Shown piece after piece: positions 43,974 to 53,963 of a DNA stretch of 64,000 nt. The notes beneath the pieces are model-generated. The model saw only the letters and a list, made by a program, of their open reading frames with translations, searched no databases and was not told the DNA's origin. Positions within the stretch are counted from its first letter, which is position 1. Every line of letters begins with the position of its first letter. The stretch comes from an uncultured beta proteobacterium (lineage in GTDB: Bacteria; Pseudomonadota; Gammaproteobacteria; Burkholderiales; Gallionellaceae). Position numbers and translations under genes: made by a program. The stretch is taken from the NCBI GenBank assembly GCA_963746105.1, contig CAVVAD010000002.1, positions 445,047-509,046 of the forward strand, in the 5' to 3' direction.

Positions 43974-44552
43974 TTATTTGGCAAACCACCCATCCCAGTT
44001 CGGATAGTTCGGGATGTTCACGGTATCCGCGTCATACACACCCTGCGCGGCCTGGGTGTGGCACTTGTCGCAGAAGCTCAGCGATTTCACGCCCTTGTTG
44101 CCCTTGATCATTTTCTCGGGAATGACATGGTGCTTGCGCGAGATATACAGCAGCTCGGTGATGCGCAGCGGAGCCGGGCCGGTCTCGGTGGCCACGGCGA
44201 TCTTGCGCGAACGCTTGTACCAGGATTTGTCCGCGGCATTGTCCACCGCGTAGTCGTGTATCTCTTTCAGCGTGTCGTCGTCGAGCTCGGCATTGGAACC
44301 GAAATGCTTGCGCAATGCATTATTGTTCAGCAGCGCGTCCCATGATCTTGCCGGCAACAGGCCGGGCTGATAGGGGAAGTGGCATCCGCCGCATTCTTCC
44401 AGATAGGCTTTGTTGGTAACCGGTTTGACCCCTTTTTGCCGATTGAAATTCAGCAGCCAGCCCTCAAAACTTTCTGCGGCGGCTGCATAAGCGCTATTCA
44501 ATACCAGCGCTGCGGCAAGCAGGGCGGCGATTTTCAATTTCCTTTGCATCAT
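43974..44552 (-). CDS. Diheme cytochrome c (DHC family), copy 2
   Basis: Signal peptide; EECGGCHFPYQPGLLPARSW and FCDKCHT. Confidence 0.92.
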   Translation of the reverse strand: MMQRKLKIAALLAAALVLNSAYAAAAESFEGWLLNFNRQKGVKPVTNKAYLEECGGCHFPYQPGLLPARSWDALLNNNALRKHFGSNAELDDDTLKEIHDYAVDNAADKSWYKRSRKIAVATETGPAPLRITELLYISRKHHVIPEKMIKGNKGVKSLSFCDKCHTQAAQGVYDADTVNIPNYPNWDGWFAK

Positions 44553-44563
44553 CTCTCCCCCCG

Positions 44564-45241
44564 CTACCAGGTCAACTTGATGGCCACAACCATGGCCACC
44601 GCGCCCAGCTCTGCGTAACCCGCGTGGCTGGTTGGCACCGAGGAATGCATGGACTTGTCGATTGCATACAGCATCAGCAGCGCGCCGGTGCCGGCCAGTG
44701 CCACGTGCTGGTTATCCGGGTCGGCAAAGCCGTCGCCCAGATGAAAGTCGTCCCAGTGATACAGCAGTCCAGTGATCACCGTGGCGATGGCCATCGCGCC
44801 GGTGGCGCGAGCCAGCCTGGTGTGGGCGGTGCCGGATGTCTGCCTGGGCGGTTGCTGCGATGCCGGTAGGCAATTCTCTTCGCAACTGCTCGGCGCGGCC
44901 AGCGCGGTGAGTCCGGCCAGCACGACGGTACCCAAGCCAAGATATTCATGCGCCTTTCTGCCGGTTAACCACGCCGGCTGGAATTGCTCGGCGGGGTCGA
45001 CAAATGTATCGCCGGCCTGCCCTTGCGCCGCCGCGCCGTCATTCGCCGCGATCAGGTAGCCTTTGGGATTGGCCCGCCGCGCATCCGATGGCCGATCTTT
45101 CAGGAGCGGGTCATTGGCGGTATAGAAATTCGCCGCCGCTGTCGGCAGCTGAAAATTCGCAGTTGTCTCGTCCGCATACGCCAAACCCGATAAAACCGCC
45201 AGCAATACGCCGGCGGCAACATGGTTACGCCTGTGCTTCAT
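44564..45241 (-). CDS. Exported-N-terminus membrane protein with four His-bearing helices (possible b-type cytochrome)
   Basis: Signal peptide; KAHEYLG, TAHTRLA, NQHVALA and TSHAGYA each open a hydrophobic helix. Confidence 0.65.
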   Translation of the reverse strand: MKHRRNHVAAGVLLAVLSGLAYADETTANFQLPTAAANFYTANDPLLKDRPSDARRANPKGYLIAANDGAAAQGQAGDTFVDPAEQFQPAWLTGRKAHEYLGLGTVVLAGLTALAAPSSCEENCLPASQQPPRQTSGTAHTRLARATGAMAIATVITGLLYHWDDFHLGDGFADPDNQHVALAGTGALLMLYAIDKSMHSSVPTSHAGYAELGAVAMVVAIKLTW

Positions 45242-45311
45242 TCATTACCCCTGACCATTGACTAAAATTCTGACTCGGCGGATGCGCGGCCTGTCGCGCC
45301 AGCTGGCGCCC

Positions 45312-45932
45312 TCATCCAAGCGGCTTCTTGACATAGGCGAACCAGAATACTGCCACCGCGATCACCATCAGCGCACCCAGCCAGGCATAAGGACGCTGGA
45401 TGCTTTTTTCTGTCCCGGCAGATTTGAATCCGGTAATCATCGATCGCACCAGATTTTCACGGTGCAGGATGCTGCTCATCAGCACGCCGGCCAGGTGCAG
45501 CGCTATCACGCCCAGCATCACGTTGGTTCCAAGCCCATGCAGATCGACCACAAAGTCGCTCGCGTCATCCTGGAGTGCCAGCACGCCGGTCACGCTGACG
45601 AATAAACCCAGCGCCAGCAGCAGCCAGACCGACACGCTCCCCGCCGGGTTGTGCCCGAGATAATGCGCGGGCTTGCGTTTGAGCATGGTTGACAGATAAA
45701 CGACGGTCTCCCTGGGATTGAACAGGAACGAGCTGAACCGCGCATAGCGTGTGCCGATAAACCCCCACAGCAACCTGAACACCAGCAGGCCCAGCAGGAT
45801 ATAGCCGAGCGCCACATGATAATTGCGCAAGCGTTCCGAAAATGCGGTCAGGTAGGCCACGCTGAAAGACGCGGCCTGCAGCCAGTGAAAAACCCGTGTG
45901 GGCACATCCCAAACCAGAATGCGTCTATTCAT
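45312..45932 (-). CDS. Cytochrome b (Ni/Fe-hydrogenase cyt b / b561-like)
   Basis: VWDVPTRVFHW, HVALGY, RYARFSSF, LGHNPAG, LHLAGV...HRENLVRSMITG. Confidence 0.95.
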   Translation of the reverse strand: MNRRILVWDVPTRVFHWLQAASFSVAYLTAFSERLRNYHVALGYILLGLLVFRLLWGFIGTRYARFSSFLFNPRETVVYLSTMLKRKPAHYLGHNPAGSVSVWLLLALGLFVSVTGVLALQDDASDFVVDLHGLGTNVMLGVIALHLAGVLMSSILHRENLVRSMITGFKSAGTEKSIQRPYAWLGALMVIAVAVFWFAYVKKPLG

Positions 45933-45944
45933 GCTCTGCTCTCC

Positions 45945-46439
45945 CTATCTGGGGATTTTTACATTGTCTTCGCTGTAATCGCCGCTATCCGCTGTGGTAT
46001 GACAAGCGCCGCAATTGGACCGGCTCTTGACCCTGGGATTTTTCCAGTGGCGGGCAGCCACTTCGCGGTGCTCGGACTTGAACCAGCGGGTTTCGGTGAT
46101 GCGCAGCAACGGTTTGTCCGTTGGCCTGTGTTTCCGGGTATCGGCATTCTTTTCCAGAAATTCCGATATCTCCCTGGCGGAAGCGGCATCCAGACTCGCA
46201 TCGCTGCCGAAATGCTTGTCCAGCCCCGACATGATCGCGCGCCAGGATTCGGCAGGAAGCATACCGGGCGGATAGGCAACGTGGCAGGCGCCGCATTCGC
46301 TCTTCCACTTGGCATTGTTGATATTGTATTTGTAGTCATCATCATCATCGTCGTCAGCGTATGCGATAGACACTGCGGTAACCGCCAACAATGCTGCAAC
46401 AGCAAATAGACGGGTCAATTTTGCGGTATCGATTTTCAA
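45945..46439 (-). CDS. Diheme cytochrome c (DHC family), copy 1
   Basis: SECGACHVAYPPGMLPAESW, KHFGSDASLD, RITETRWF..EH, SNCGACHT. Confidence 0.95.
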   Translation of the reverse strand: MKIDTAKLTRLFAVAALLAVTAVSIAYADDDDDDDYKYNINNAKWKSECGACHVAYPPGMLPAESWRAIMSGLDKHFGSDASLDAASAREISEFLEKNADTRKHRPTDKPLLRITETRWFKSEHREVAARHWKNPRVKSRSNCGACHTTADSGDYSEDNVKIPR

Positions 46440-46448
46440 GACCGCCCC

Positions 46449-46868
46449 CTAGCTTTTGGGTACGCTGAGCAGATAAGTCAGCACATCCCCTTTTTCCTGG
46501 GGGGTGCATTCCCGGTCCAGCACATCGTTGCAATTGCGCTTGAACCACTTCGCCACTTTTTTCATGTCGGTGAATCTTTCCGGGTTGGCGGCCGGGGCAA
46601 GCGGCTTGATCAGCTTGTCGGTCTCGGCGTGCTTGCCCTGCGCGGCGGGATTGTCGGTATGGCAGGAGGAACAGCTCAGATCGTGGTTATGCTTGGTCTT
46701 GAAGAAGCTTTCCCCGTGGGCAGCCGAGAATCCCTGGAAACCCGGCGTGGCCGACGCCTCGGTTTTTATGGCCGCCAGCACTTCGACCGGCGTTTCCGCG
46801 TACGCGGTGTCCATCAGCAGCCCGCTGGCCGCAACAAGCAAACCAAATACAGAAAATACGCGCAACAT
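46449..46868 (-). CDS. SHP-type (DUF1924) monoheme cytochrome c
   Basis: SCSSCHT, PLAPAANPERFTD..KVAKWFKRNCNDVLDRECT...KGDVL. Confidence 0.92.
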   Translation of the reverse strand: MLRVFSVFGLLVAASGLLMDTAYAETPVEVLAAIKTEASATPGFQGFSAAHGESFFKTKHNHDLSCSSCHTDNPAAQGKHAETDKLIKPLAPAANPERFTDMKKVAKWFKRNCNDVLDRECTPQEKGDVLTYLLSVPKS

Positions 46869-47061
46869 CACTTCCCCCCTGAATAGCGAAGTATCGTTGA
46901 GTTGTTTAAAAATTGGAAGTTCACACATGAATTTAATGTTATCTCACACACATTTTTGCAGCGCTGTGTTAAGCGCCCTTTCGGACCAGCGGCCCGAACT
47001 CGCGCAGGGAACCGCTAAAGCCGGTTGAGCATCGCATGGCGGATGGTAGAATCTGCCCCAT

Positions 47062-48081
47062 ATGCTCAACGACCGCGCACAAATCCTGCTCAGGACACTG
47101 GTGGAGCGCTATATCAGCGAAGGCCAGCCGGTGGGCTCGCGCGCGCTGCTGCAGTATTCCGGCCTGGATATCAGCCCGGCGACCATCCGCAACGTGATGT
47201 CCGAGCTGGAAGACATCGGCCTGGTGAGCAGCCCGCACACCTCGGCCGGCCGCGTCCCGACTGGGATGGCCTACCGGCTGTTCATCGACACGATGCTGGT
47301 CACCAAGCCGCTGGACAGCCAGCGCGTGCAGCAGATGGAAAACAAGCTGCAGCCGGACAACCCGTCGCGGCTGATCGCCCAGGCTTCCAACTTGCTCTCG
47401 GAACTGACCCATTTCGCCGGCGTGGTCGCCACGGCGAAACGCAGCGCGATCACGGTGCGCCAGATCGAATTCCTGCGCCTGGGCGAGAAGCGCGTGCTGC
47501 TGATCATCGTGATGCCGGACGGCGAAGTGGAGAACCGCGTGCTGCTGCTGGAACGCGATTACACGCAAACGCAGCTGACCGAGGCCGGCAACTTTCTCAA
47601 CCAGAATTACATCGGCTGCAGTTTCTCGCAGATCCGCGACCGGCTGCGCGGCGAGCTGCAGCAGCTGCATCAGGACATGAGCGCGCTGATGACCGCGGCG
47701 CTGGCCGCCGGCGATGCGGCGCAGGCCAAGCAATCGCAAGACTACGTCATCAGCGGCGAACACAACCTGCTGCATGTGGCCGACCTGTCCACCGACATGA
47801 ACCGCTTGCGCGGGCTGTTCAACCTGTTCGAGAAGAAGACCGAATTGCTGCAGCTGCTGGATGCCGGCGGCCGCGGCCAGGGTATCCACATCTTCGTCGG
47901 CAGCGAATCCGGGCTGGCGTCGCTGGACGCATGCAGCGTGATCACCGCGCCCTATTCCGCCGACGGGAAAGTGGTGGGCACGCTGGCCGTGGTCGGCCCG
48001 AAACGCATGGACTACGAGCGCGTCATCCCGATCGTCGACATCACCGCGCGCCTGCTGGGCAATGCGCTGTCGCAGAACTAA
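47062..48081 (+). CDS. hrcA: Heat-inducible transcription repressor HrcA
   Basis: GQPVGSRAL, SPATIRNVMSELE, SPHTSAGRVPT, VVGPKRMDY. Confidence 0.98.
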   Translation: MLNDRAQILLRTLVERYISEGQPVGSRALLQYSGLDISPATIRNVMSELEDIGLVSSPHTSAGRVPTGMAYRLFIDTMLVTKPLDSQRVQQMENKLQPDNPSRLIAQASNLLSELTHFAGVVATAKRSAITVRQIEFLRLGEKRVLLIIVMPDGEVENRVLLLERDYTQTQLTEAGNFLNQNYIGCSFSQIRDRLRGELQQLHQDMSALMTAALAAGDAAQAKQSQDYVISGEHNLLHVADLSTDMNRLRGLFNLFEKKTELLQLLDAGGRGQGIHIFVGSESGLASLDACSVITAPYSADGKVVGTLAVVGPKRMDYERVIPIVDITARLLGNALSQN

Positions 48082-48100
48082 AGCAAAAACGAAATCCGCA

Positions 48101-48237
48101 TCCGCAGATTGCACAGATCAGCCGGGATTATTCCCGGATCAAACATGTTATGCCAGCATTGAATCGTTCACCCGACCGATGAGCGAACGCTCATGGAGCC
48201 ATCGCAACAATCTGTGTGAATCTGCGTGATCTGCGGA
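48101..48237. repeat. CCGCAGAT-type inverted-repeat element between hrcA and hemH
   Basis: Left TCCGCAGATTGCACAGAT pairs with right AATCTGTGTGAATCTGCGTGATCTGCGGA. Confidence 0.65.
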
Positions 48238-48297
48238 CAACAGCTCTTGTCAGGATTATGCTAACCTCCAACAATCAGAACTCCGATTGTCTTTCCG

Positions 48298-49386
48298 ATG
48301 ACCTACCAGACCGAACCTACATTCGCGCATGGCACACCCGCCAGGACCGGCATCCTGCTGATCAACCTCGGCACGCCCGATGCGCCGACTGCGCAGGCCG
48401 TGCGCCCCTACCTGAAGGAATTCCTCAGCGACCCGCGCGTGATCGAGATCCCCAGGGCGATCTGGTGGCTGATCCTGAACGGCGTCATCCTCAACACCCG
48501 CCCAAAAAAATCCGCCGCGAAATACGCGACAGTATGGTCGCCGGAGGGCTCGCCGCTGCGCGTGCATACCGCGAAGCAGACTTCGCTGCTGCAGGGTTAT
48601 CTGAGCCAGCGCACCCGGGCGCCGTTCGTCGTGGACTACGCGATGCGCTACGGCAGCCCGTCGATCGCCAGCGTGCTGCGCAAGCTCAGGGAACAGAACT
48701 GCCAGCGCATCCTGGTCGTGCCTATGTATCCGCAATATGCCGCGAGCAGCAGCGGCACGGCCATAGACGGCGTGCTGCGCGAATTGCTGCAAATGCGCAA
48801 CCTGCCGGCGCTGCGCACCATCAGGAATTTCCACGACCATCCCGGCTACATCAAGGCGCTGGCGCACAACATCGGCGATTACTGGATGAAGAACGGGCGC
48901 CCGGAAAAACTGGTGATGAGCTTCCACGGCCTGCCGCAATTCTCGCTGGACAAGGGCGACCCCTACCACTGCGAATGCCACAAGACCGGGCGCCTGCTGG
49001 CGCAGCAACTCGGCCTTAAGCCCGAACAATATTTCGTCAGCTTCCAGTCGCGCTTCGGCAAAGCAGAATGGCTCAAACCCTACACCACCGCCACGCTGAA
49101 GGAGCTGGGCAGGCAAAAAACCAAACGCGTGGATGTGGTCTGCCCCGGCTTCGTCGCCGACTGCCTGGAAACGCTGGAGGAGATCGCGATGGAAGGCAGG
49201 GAGGATTTCCGCCACGCCGGCGGCGGCGAATACCACTACATTCCCTGCCTCAACGAACGCGACGACTGGATGCAGGCGCTGGCCGATCTGGTGATGGACA
49301 ACCTGCAAGGCTGGCTGGCCGAGCCGGATGCCGCGGAGCTGGAACAAGGCAGGTTGAAGGCGCTGGCGATGGGAGCGAAAAAATAG
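48298..49386 (+). CDS. hemH: Ferrochelatase
   Basis: [56 protein letters not shown]. Confidence 0.98.
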   Translation: MTYQTEPTFAHGTPARTGILLINLGTPDAPTAQAVRPYLKEFLSDPRVIEIPRAIWWLILNGVILNTRPKKSAAKYATVWSPEGSPLRVHTAKQTSLLQGYLSQRTRAPFVVDYAMRYGSPSIASVLRKLREQNCQRILVVPMYPQYAASSSGTAIDGVLRELLQMRNLPALRTIRNFHDHPGYIKALAHNIGDYWMKNGRPEKLVMSFHGLPQFSLDKGDPYHCECHKTGRLLAQQLGLKPEQYFVSFQSRFGKAEWLKPYTTATLKELGRQKTKRVDVVCPGFVADCLETLEEIAMEGREDFRHAGGGEYHYIPCLNERDDWMQALADLVMDNLQGWLAEPDAAELEQGRLKALAMGAKK

Positions 49387-49443
49387 GTCCAGTCTGGCTG
49401 CTCGAATCATATCGCTTAACCATTACATCGACGGGGCGGAAAT

Positions 49444-49983
49444 ATGAGTCATCTGCTTGATACCATAAAGAGTGACCTGTTCGACCCGAAAACCCTGGTC
49501 GGCGCCGTTTTTTTCGGCGTTCTGTTTCTGATCGCTGCCAGTGCATTCGCGGCCGTAATCAGAAGGGCTGCCCAGCGCATCAAGGTTCACCTGACGGACA
49601 AGACCGGGCTTGATTTCGCCAGCGCGCTGATGCAACTGCTTGCCTACCTCGTCGGGTTCGTACTGTATGCCCATCTCATTCCTGAGCTGCGCTCGCTGGG
49701 CAATGCCCTGCTTGCGGGAGCCGGTATCGTGTCGGTGGTATTGGGTCTGGCCGCGCAGAACACGCTGGCAAATCTGATCGCCGGCCTGTCCCTGGTGCTT
49801 TACCGGCCGATCAGGATAGGCGACAGTGTGCAACTCTCCACGCCCAGAGGGTTGGTGACCGCGAGCGTGGAAATGCTGTCTCTGGGGTATACGATACTGA
49901 GGGATGCCGATCAAAACGAGATCATGGTACCCAACAGCGTGATGATGAGCAATATCGTGATCCGGGTAAACAAGCGCACGTAG
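49444..49983 (+). CDS. Small MscS-family mechanosensitive channel
   Basis: GLAAQNTLANLIAG..L..RPIRIGD, TILRDADQNEIMVPNS. Confidence 0.9.
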   Translation: MSHLLDTIKSDLFDPKTLVGAVFFGVLFLIAASAFAAVIRRAAQRIKVHLTDKTGLDFASALMQLLAYLVGFVLYAHLIPELRSLGNALLAGAGIVSVVLGLAAQNTLANLIAGLSLVLYRPIRIGDSVQLSTPRGLVTASVEMLSLGYTILRDADQNEIMVPNSVMMSNIVIRVNKRT

Positions 49984-50097
49984 CGTGAAATAAGTGAAGC
50001 GCATTGCACCGGGCGAAGCCACACACAGCGCAATGCCCGCTGGTTAAGACTCCCTGCGGAATCCAGGAATATTCAGGGCCAGACATAATCAGCCCGG

Positions 50098-50206
50098 CAT
50101 CCCTGGATACACCCGAACATTTTGAAGCGCCGCGTATCGACATCATGCACGGGCTGATGCACGCGCGGCCGCTGGCCAATCTGGTCACGCGGGTATCCGG
50201 CAGCCT
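50098..50206 (+). pseudogene. Remnant 5' fragment of a paiB-like gene
   Basis: TPEHFEAPRIDIMHGLMHARPLANLVT aligns to TPRHFEEPRVEVMHELMRVRPLATLVT of 53256-53900 (roughly 75-80% nt identity by eye); start codon lost. Confidence 0.8.
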
Positions 50207-50364
50207 CAGTTTTCGGGCATCGACCTGATACTTTGGGGTTACCCTTCGTGCCGATAGCAAACAGCCGCTGCTATCAGCCATGAAACTTAAAGCCGGCCAA
50301 AACGGCTATCGTCTCTGGACGATGTCATCAGGCTGTAACATTCAGCAGGCAAGGTGCGCGCGTG

Positions 50365-52284
50365 ATGAAATATTATCTAAGCGCAAGCACCATAGAAAAT
50401 CTGTCCGGGGGAAAAGTCCCACCACCAGCTTCTACTCAGCCAGACAGCAAATCCGGCAACGGATACTCACACCGGGCTCTGTTCGCGGTGAGCTCGCTGG
50501 GTCTCGGCCACGCCACCCGTACGCTGGCGGTGATACGCGAGTATCTGCGCCGCGGCTATGCAATCACTGTGGTATCAACCGGCAATGCCCTGGCATTCCT
50601 GCGTCTGGAACTGGAGGGTGAACCCGGCGTTCAGTTGCGCGAGATGGCTGATTATCCGCCTTTGGAGCGCGGCACGGGCTGGCGCCTTTACTGGTACCTG
50701 TTCATCGACCTGCTGCATACCTGGCGCCTGATCCGCAATGAACAGCGCGAGGTGCAGGCCTTCGCAGGAGAATACGATTTCATATTCAGCGACGGCAAAT
50801 ATGGTTTTTACAGCCGCTGGACCCCTTCGTTCATTCTGTCGCACCAGATCGCTTTTGTTCCGCCCAAGGGCTTGCGCGAAGCTTCCTGGCTGACGGAGAA
50901 CGTCAATGTCGCGGCGCTGCGGAAATTCGACATGCTGTTCATTCCGGATTATTTCGGACCCAGCCTGAACCTGGCCGGCAACCTGTCGCACTCGCCAACG
51001 CTGCATCGCTGCCCGCATCGTTATATCGGCATTCTTTCTTCCTACCGTCATCTGGGTTTGGAGCAGGACATCGACTGCCTGTTCGTGATCAGCGGCTATC
51101 TCCTCGAGCACAAGGAATCGTTCGTGCGCAACCTGCTTGAACAGGCAAGCGGCCTGCCCGGGAAAAAGGTATTCGTGCTGGGCGATGCCAGCGGAGACGA
51201 GTCAGCCTATGATCGCTACCGCCGCGACGATCTGCAAATCCATGCCGTGGCGAGCAGGGATTTGCGCCAGGAGCTGTTCAACCGGGCGCGGGTGATCGTC
51301 TCGCGCGCCGGTTACACCACGGTGATGGACCTGGTGGAACACGGCAAGCGTGCCCTGCTTATTCCGACGCCGAATCAAACCGAGCAGGAATACCTGGCCG
51401 CCTATCTTGGCAACCAGCACTTCTTTGTTGCCCGCACGCAGCAGGCCAAGCTGGATTTGGCGCCGGTCCTGCATGACTGCGAAAAGACTCGTTTGTTCGA
51501 GCCACCATGGAAGACGGATGAATCCCTGCGCCGCATTACGGACAGTATCGAGGAATTCATGTACCGGCACTTCATCTCCATCATCGTGCCGGCATACAAT
51601 GAGGAGACCGAGATCGAGGCGACCCTGCAGTGCCTGCTCGCACAACGCTATCCTGAAGACCGCTACGAGATCGTCGTGATCGAGAACGGCTCAACCGACG
51701 CCACCCTGAACATCGCCAACCGGATTGCCAAACAGGCAAGCGGCAGGCGCATACGCATCGTCTCGATCCACGCGGGCGGGGTGTCGCATGCCAAGAACGT
51801 GGGTCTGGATAATCTCGCGCCGGAATCCGAATGGGTGGTGTTCTGCGATGCCGACACCCGCCTCGGGCGGAATTTCCTGCAGCATCTCAACACCTGGCTG
51901 AACCGCTGCGGCGAGGACGGTCTGAGCGTGGGCACGACGAGCGTACGTCCGGAGTCCGGCAACGGCTTGTATGCGCGCTCCTGGTTCGCGGCTTACGATT
52001 ACATCCATCGCCTGACCAGAACCTCGTTTTCCATCCAGATTGCACGAACCCTGATCGCACGCGGCGTGGGCTTTCACGAGGACCTGAACTTCGCCGAGGA
52101 CCTGATGTTCATACAGGAGTGCAGGCGCTTCGGGCGTTTCTTCTTCGTGCCCACCGACCAGGTGAGCACCTCGACGCGGCGCTTCGATACGCACGGCTAC
52201 CTGCGCCAGGGGTTGCGCTGGACATTCCAGGCGCTGTTGCCGCTACGCTTGAAGGTCAACCGCAAGTACGATGTCATTCGTTGA
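50365..52284 (+). CDS. Fused glycosyltransferase: N-terminal GT-B (GT28-like) plus C-terminal GT-A (GT2)
   Basis: SSLGLGHATRT, SRAGYTTVMDL, LIPTPNQTEQEYLA; then ISIIVPAYNEE, IENGSTD, VFCDADT, FAEDL. Confidence 0.88.
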   Translation: MKYYLSASTIENLSGGKVPPPASTQPDSKSGNGYSHRALFAVSSLGLGHATRTLAVIREYLRRGYAITVVSTGNALAFLRLELEGEPGVQLREMADYPPLERGTGWRLYWYLFIDLLHTWRLIRNEQREVQAFAGEYDFIFSDGKYGFYSRWTPSFILSHQIAFVPPKGLREASWLTENVNVAALRKFDMLFIPDYFGPSLNLAGNLSHSPTLHRCPHRYIGILSSYRHLGLEQDIDCLFVISGYLLEHKESFVRNLLEQASGLPGKKVFVLGDASGDESAYDRYRRDDLQIHAVASRDLRQELFNRARVIVSRAGYTTVMDLVEHGKRALLIPTPNQTEQEYLAAYLGNQHFFVARTQQAKLDLAPVLHDCEKTRLFEPPWKTDESLRRITDSIEEFMYRHFISIIVPAYNEETEIEATLQCLLAQRYPEDRYEIVVIENGSTDATLNIANRIAKQASGRRIRIVSIHAGGVSHAKNVGLDNLAPESEWVVFCDADTRLGRNFLQHLNTWLNRCGEDGLSVGTTSVRPESGNGLYARSWFAAYDYIHRLTRTSFSIQIARTLIARGVGFHEDLNFAEDLMFIQECRRFGRFFFVPTDQVSTSTRRFDTHGYLRQGLRWTFQALLPLRLKVNRKYDVIR

Positions 52285-52924
52285 TCACGCCTCTGTCGAA
52301 CACATGGCCGCGGCGCTCGGTGAACGTGACCAGCTTGCGTATGCGGTACTGTTCCTGGGTGCATTCTTCGAGACCCTGATCCCGACCTCGCTGTTCGTGC
52401 TGGGCGAGGTATTCTTTATCGCCGGTGCATTGCTGGCGGGCATGGGGATATTGAATGTCTGGGTTGTGCTTGCCGTGCTCTATGCAGGCGGGATACTCGG
52501 CGACAACGCCAGCTATTGGCTGGGCCGCCGCTTCGGCGCGTCGCTGTTTGACCACTTGGCGCGCTGGCCACTGGTCGGACGGTTTGCCGATAACGACAAC
52601 TACCGGCGTGGCGTGGTGTTTTTCGAACGGCGCGGCGCAGTAGCCGTCTTTGCGGCGCGCCTCAGCGGCCCCCTATCCTGGGTGATGCCCGCGATGGCCG
52701 GTGTGTTCCGCCTGGACTATGCCACCTTTCTTCGGTTCAACACCCTCGGCATCATGATCGGGATCGGCCAGTTCATCGCCGTCGGCTACTTCTTTGGGGA
52801 ATACTTGCCGTCCATTCTTTATTTCGCCGACCGTTTCGGCAGCGCCATTCTGGCGTCGCTGTTAACGCTGCTCGCGGCGGGAGGGTGGTTCTGGTGGCGG
52901 CGCAGGGTGCAGGCGCTGCTTTGA
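52271..52924 (+). CDS. DedA family membrane protein
   Basis: FLGAFFETLI..SLFVLGE, GILGDNASYWLGRRFG, VFAARL; overlaps the GT stop. Confidence 0.9.
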   Translation: MSFVDHASVEHMAAALGERDQLAYAVLFLGAFFETLIPTSLFVLGEVFFIAGALLAGMGILNVWVVLAVLYAGGILGDNASYWLGRRFGASLFDHLARWPLVGRFADNDNYRRGVVFFERRGAVAVFAARLSGPLSWVMPAMAGVFRLDYATFLRFNTLGIMIGIGQFIAVGYFFGEYLPSILYFADRFGSAILASLLTLLAAGGWFWWRRRVQALL

Positions 52925-53177
52925 CCGGCCTGGCCAGGTTCAGGCCATTATGCAGAAACCGCGGGGCCAGCGATGTTCATGACTCAATGGCCATCGTGGG
53001 TCTGATGGAACGGCTGCCGATGGGCATTTCCCTGATCCAGATACAGATAGTTAAACGCCCATAGACCGCCATAGACCAGTCGAGCAACGCAGGGTACCTG
53101 GGACACCCCCAAGGGGGTGCCGTGCGGGGCCATACCTCGCGACTTTGATCTTGGATTTTGTCATTCATGTTTCGATA

Positions 53178-53226
53178 TAGCCATTCTACCAAGCTGGCAA
53201 ACGACGCCAGCCAAGTCGCTGGTTAT
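53178..53226. repeat. Dispersed hairpin repeat, copy 2
   Basis: TAGCCATTCTACCAAGCTGGC-AAACGAC-GCCAGCCAAGTCGCTGGTTAT; termini match 11719-11761. Confidence 0.75.
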
Positions 53227-53255
53227 CAACGCGAACAGCCTTATAATGCACATCC

Positions 53256-53900
53256 ATGTACACCCCCAGGCATTTTGAAGAACCGCGCGTCGAGGTCATG
53301 CACGAGCTGATGCGCGTGCGGCCGCTGGCAACTCTGGTCACGCTGGCTTCCGGCGGGCTGAATGCGAACCACATCCCGCTGCACCTGCTGGATGCGCCTG
53401 CACCGTTCGGCACATTGCGCGGCCATGTGGCGCGCGCAAACCCGCTGTGGAGCGATTTCGCAGCAGAGGTCGAAGCGCTGGCGATATTCCACGGCCCGGA
53501 CAGCTACATCACGCCTTCCTGGTACGCCACCAAACAGGAGACCGGCAGGGTCGTGCCCACCTGGAATTACGCGGTCGCCCATGCCTGCGGCACACTGCGC
53601 GTCATCGACGATGCGGCCTGGATACGCGCCCAGCTCGAAGCACTGACGGCGCACAATGAGGCAAAGTTTGATCTTCCCTGGTCGATCTCGGATGCGCCGC
53701 GCGAATACACCGACAAATTGATCGAGACCATCGTCGGCATCGAGATCGTCATCACGAAACTGACCGGCAAATGGAAAGTGAGCCAGAACCAGCCCGCAAA
53801 GAACCAGGCCGGTGTCATCGCAGGGCTTGCCCATAGCGATCAGCGCGATGCGGCGGAGATGGCTGCCCTGGTTTCTGCCGGGGCGAAGCATCCACGCTGA
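53256..53900 (+). CDS. FMN-binding negative transcriptional regulator (PaiB family)
   Basis: MYTPRHF, GHVARANP, YITPSWY, VPTWNYAVAH, GKWKVSQNQ. Confidence 0.93.
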   Translation: MYTPRHFEEPRVEVMHELMRVRPLATLVTLASGGLNANHIPLHLLDAPAPFGTLRGHVARANPLWSDFAAEVEALAIFHGPDSYITPSWYATKQETGRVVPTWNYAVAHACGTLRVIDDAAWIRAQLEALTAHNEAKFDLPWSISDAPREYTDKLIETIVGIEIVITKLTGKWKVSQNQPAKNQAGVIAGLAHSDQRDAAEMAALVSAGAKHPR

Positions 53901-53963
53901 CTGAAATGCGCCCCGATTAATGGGTACAATTCGTATCATCCCACGTGTCTCCCTGATCAAAAA

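Noticed and set aside
46929-48300. CIRCE element near hrcA
   Set aside because: No TTAGCACTC-N9-GAGTGCTAA seen upstream or downstream.
52977-53170. Possible minus-strand gene remnant (MNDKIQD... and LVYGGLWAFNYLYLDQG in different frames)
   Set aside because: It looks protein-like, but I cannot assign a family or define its ends.
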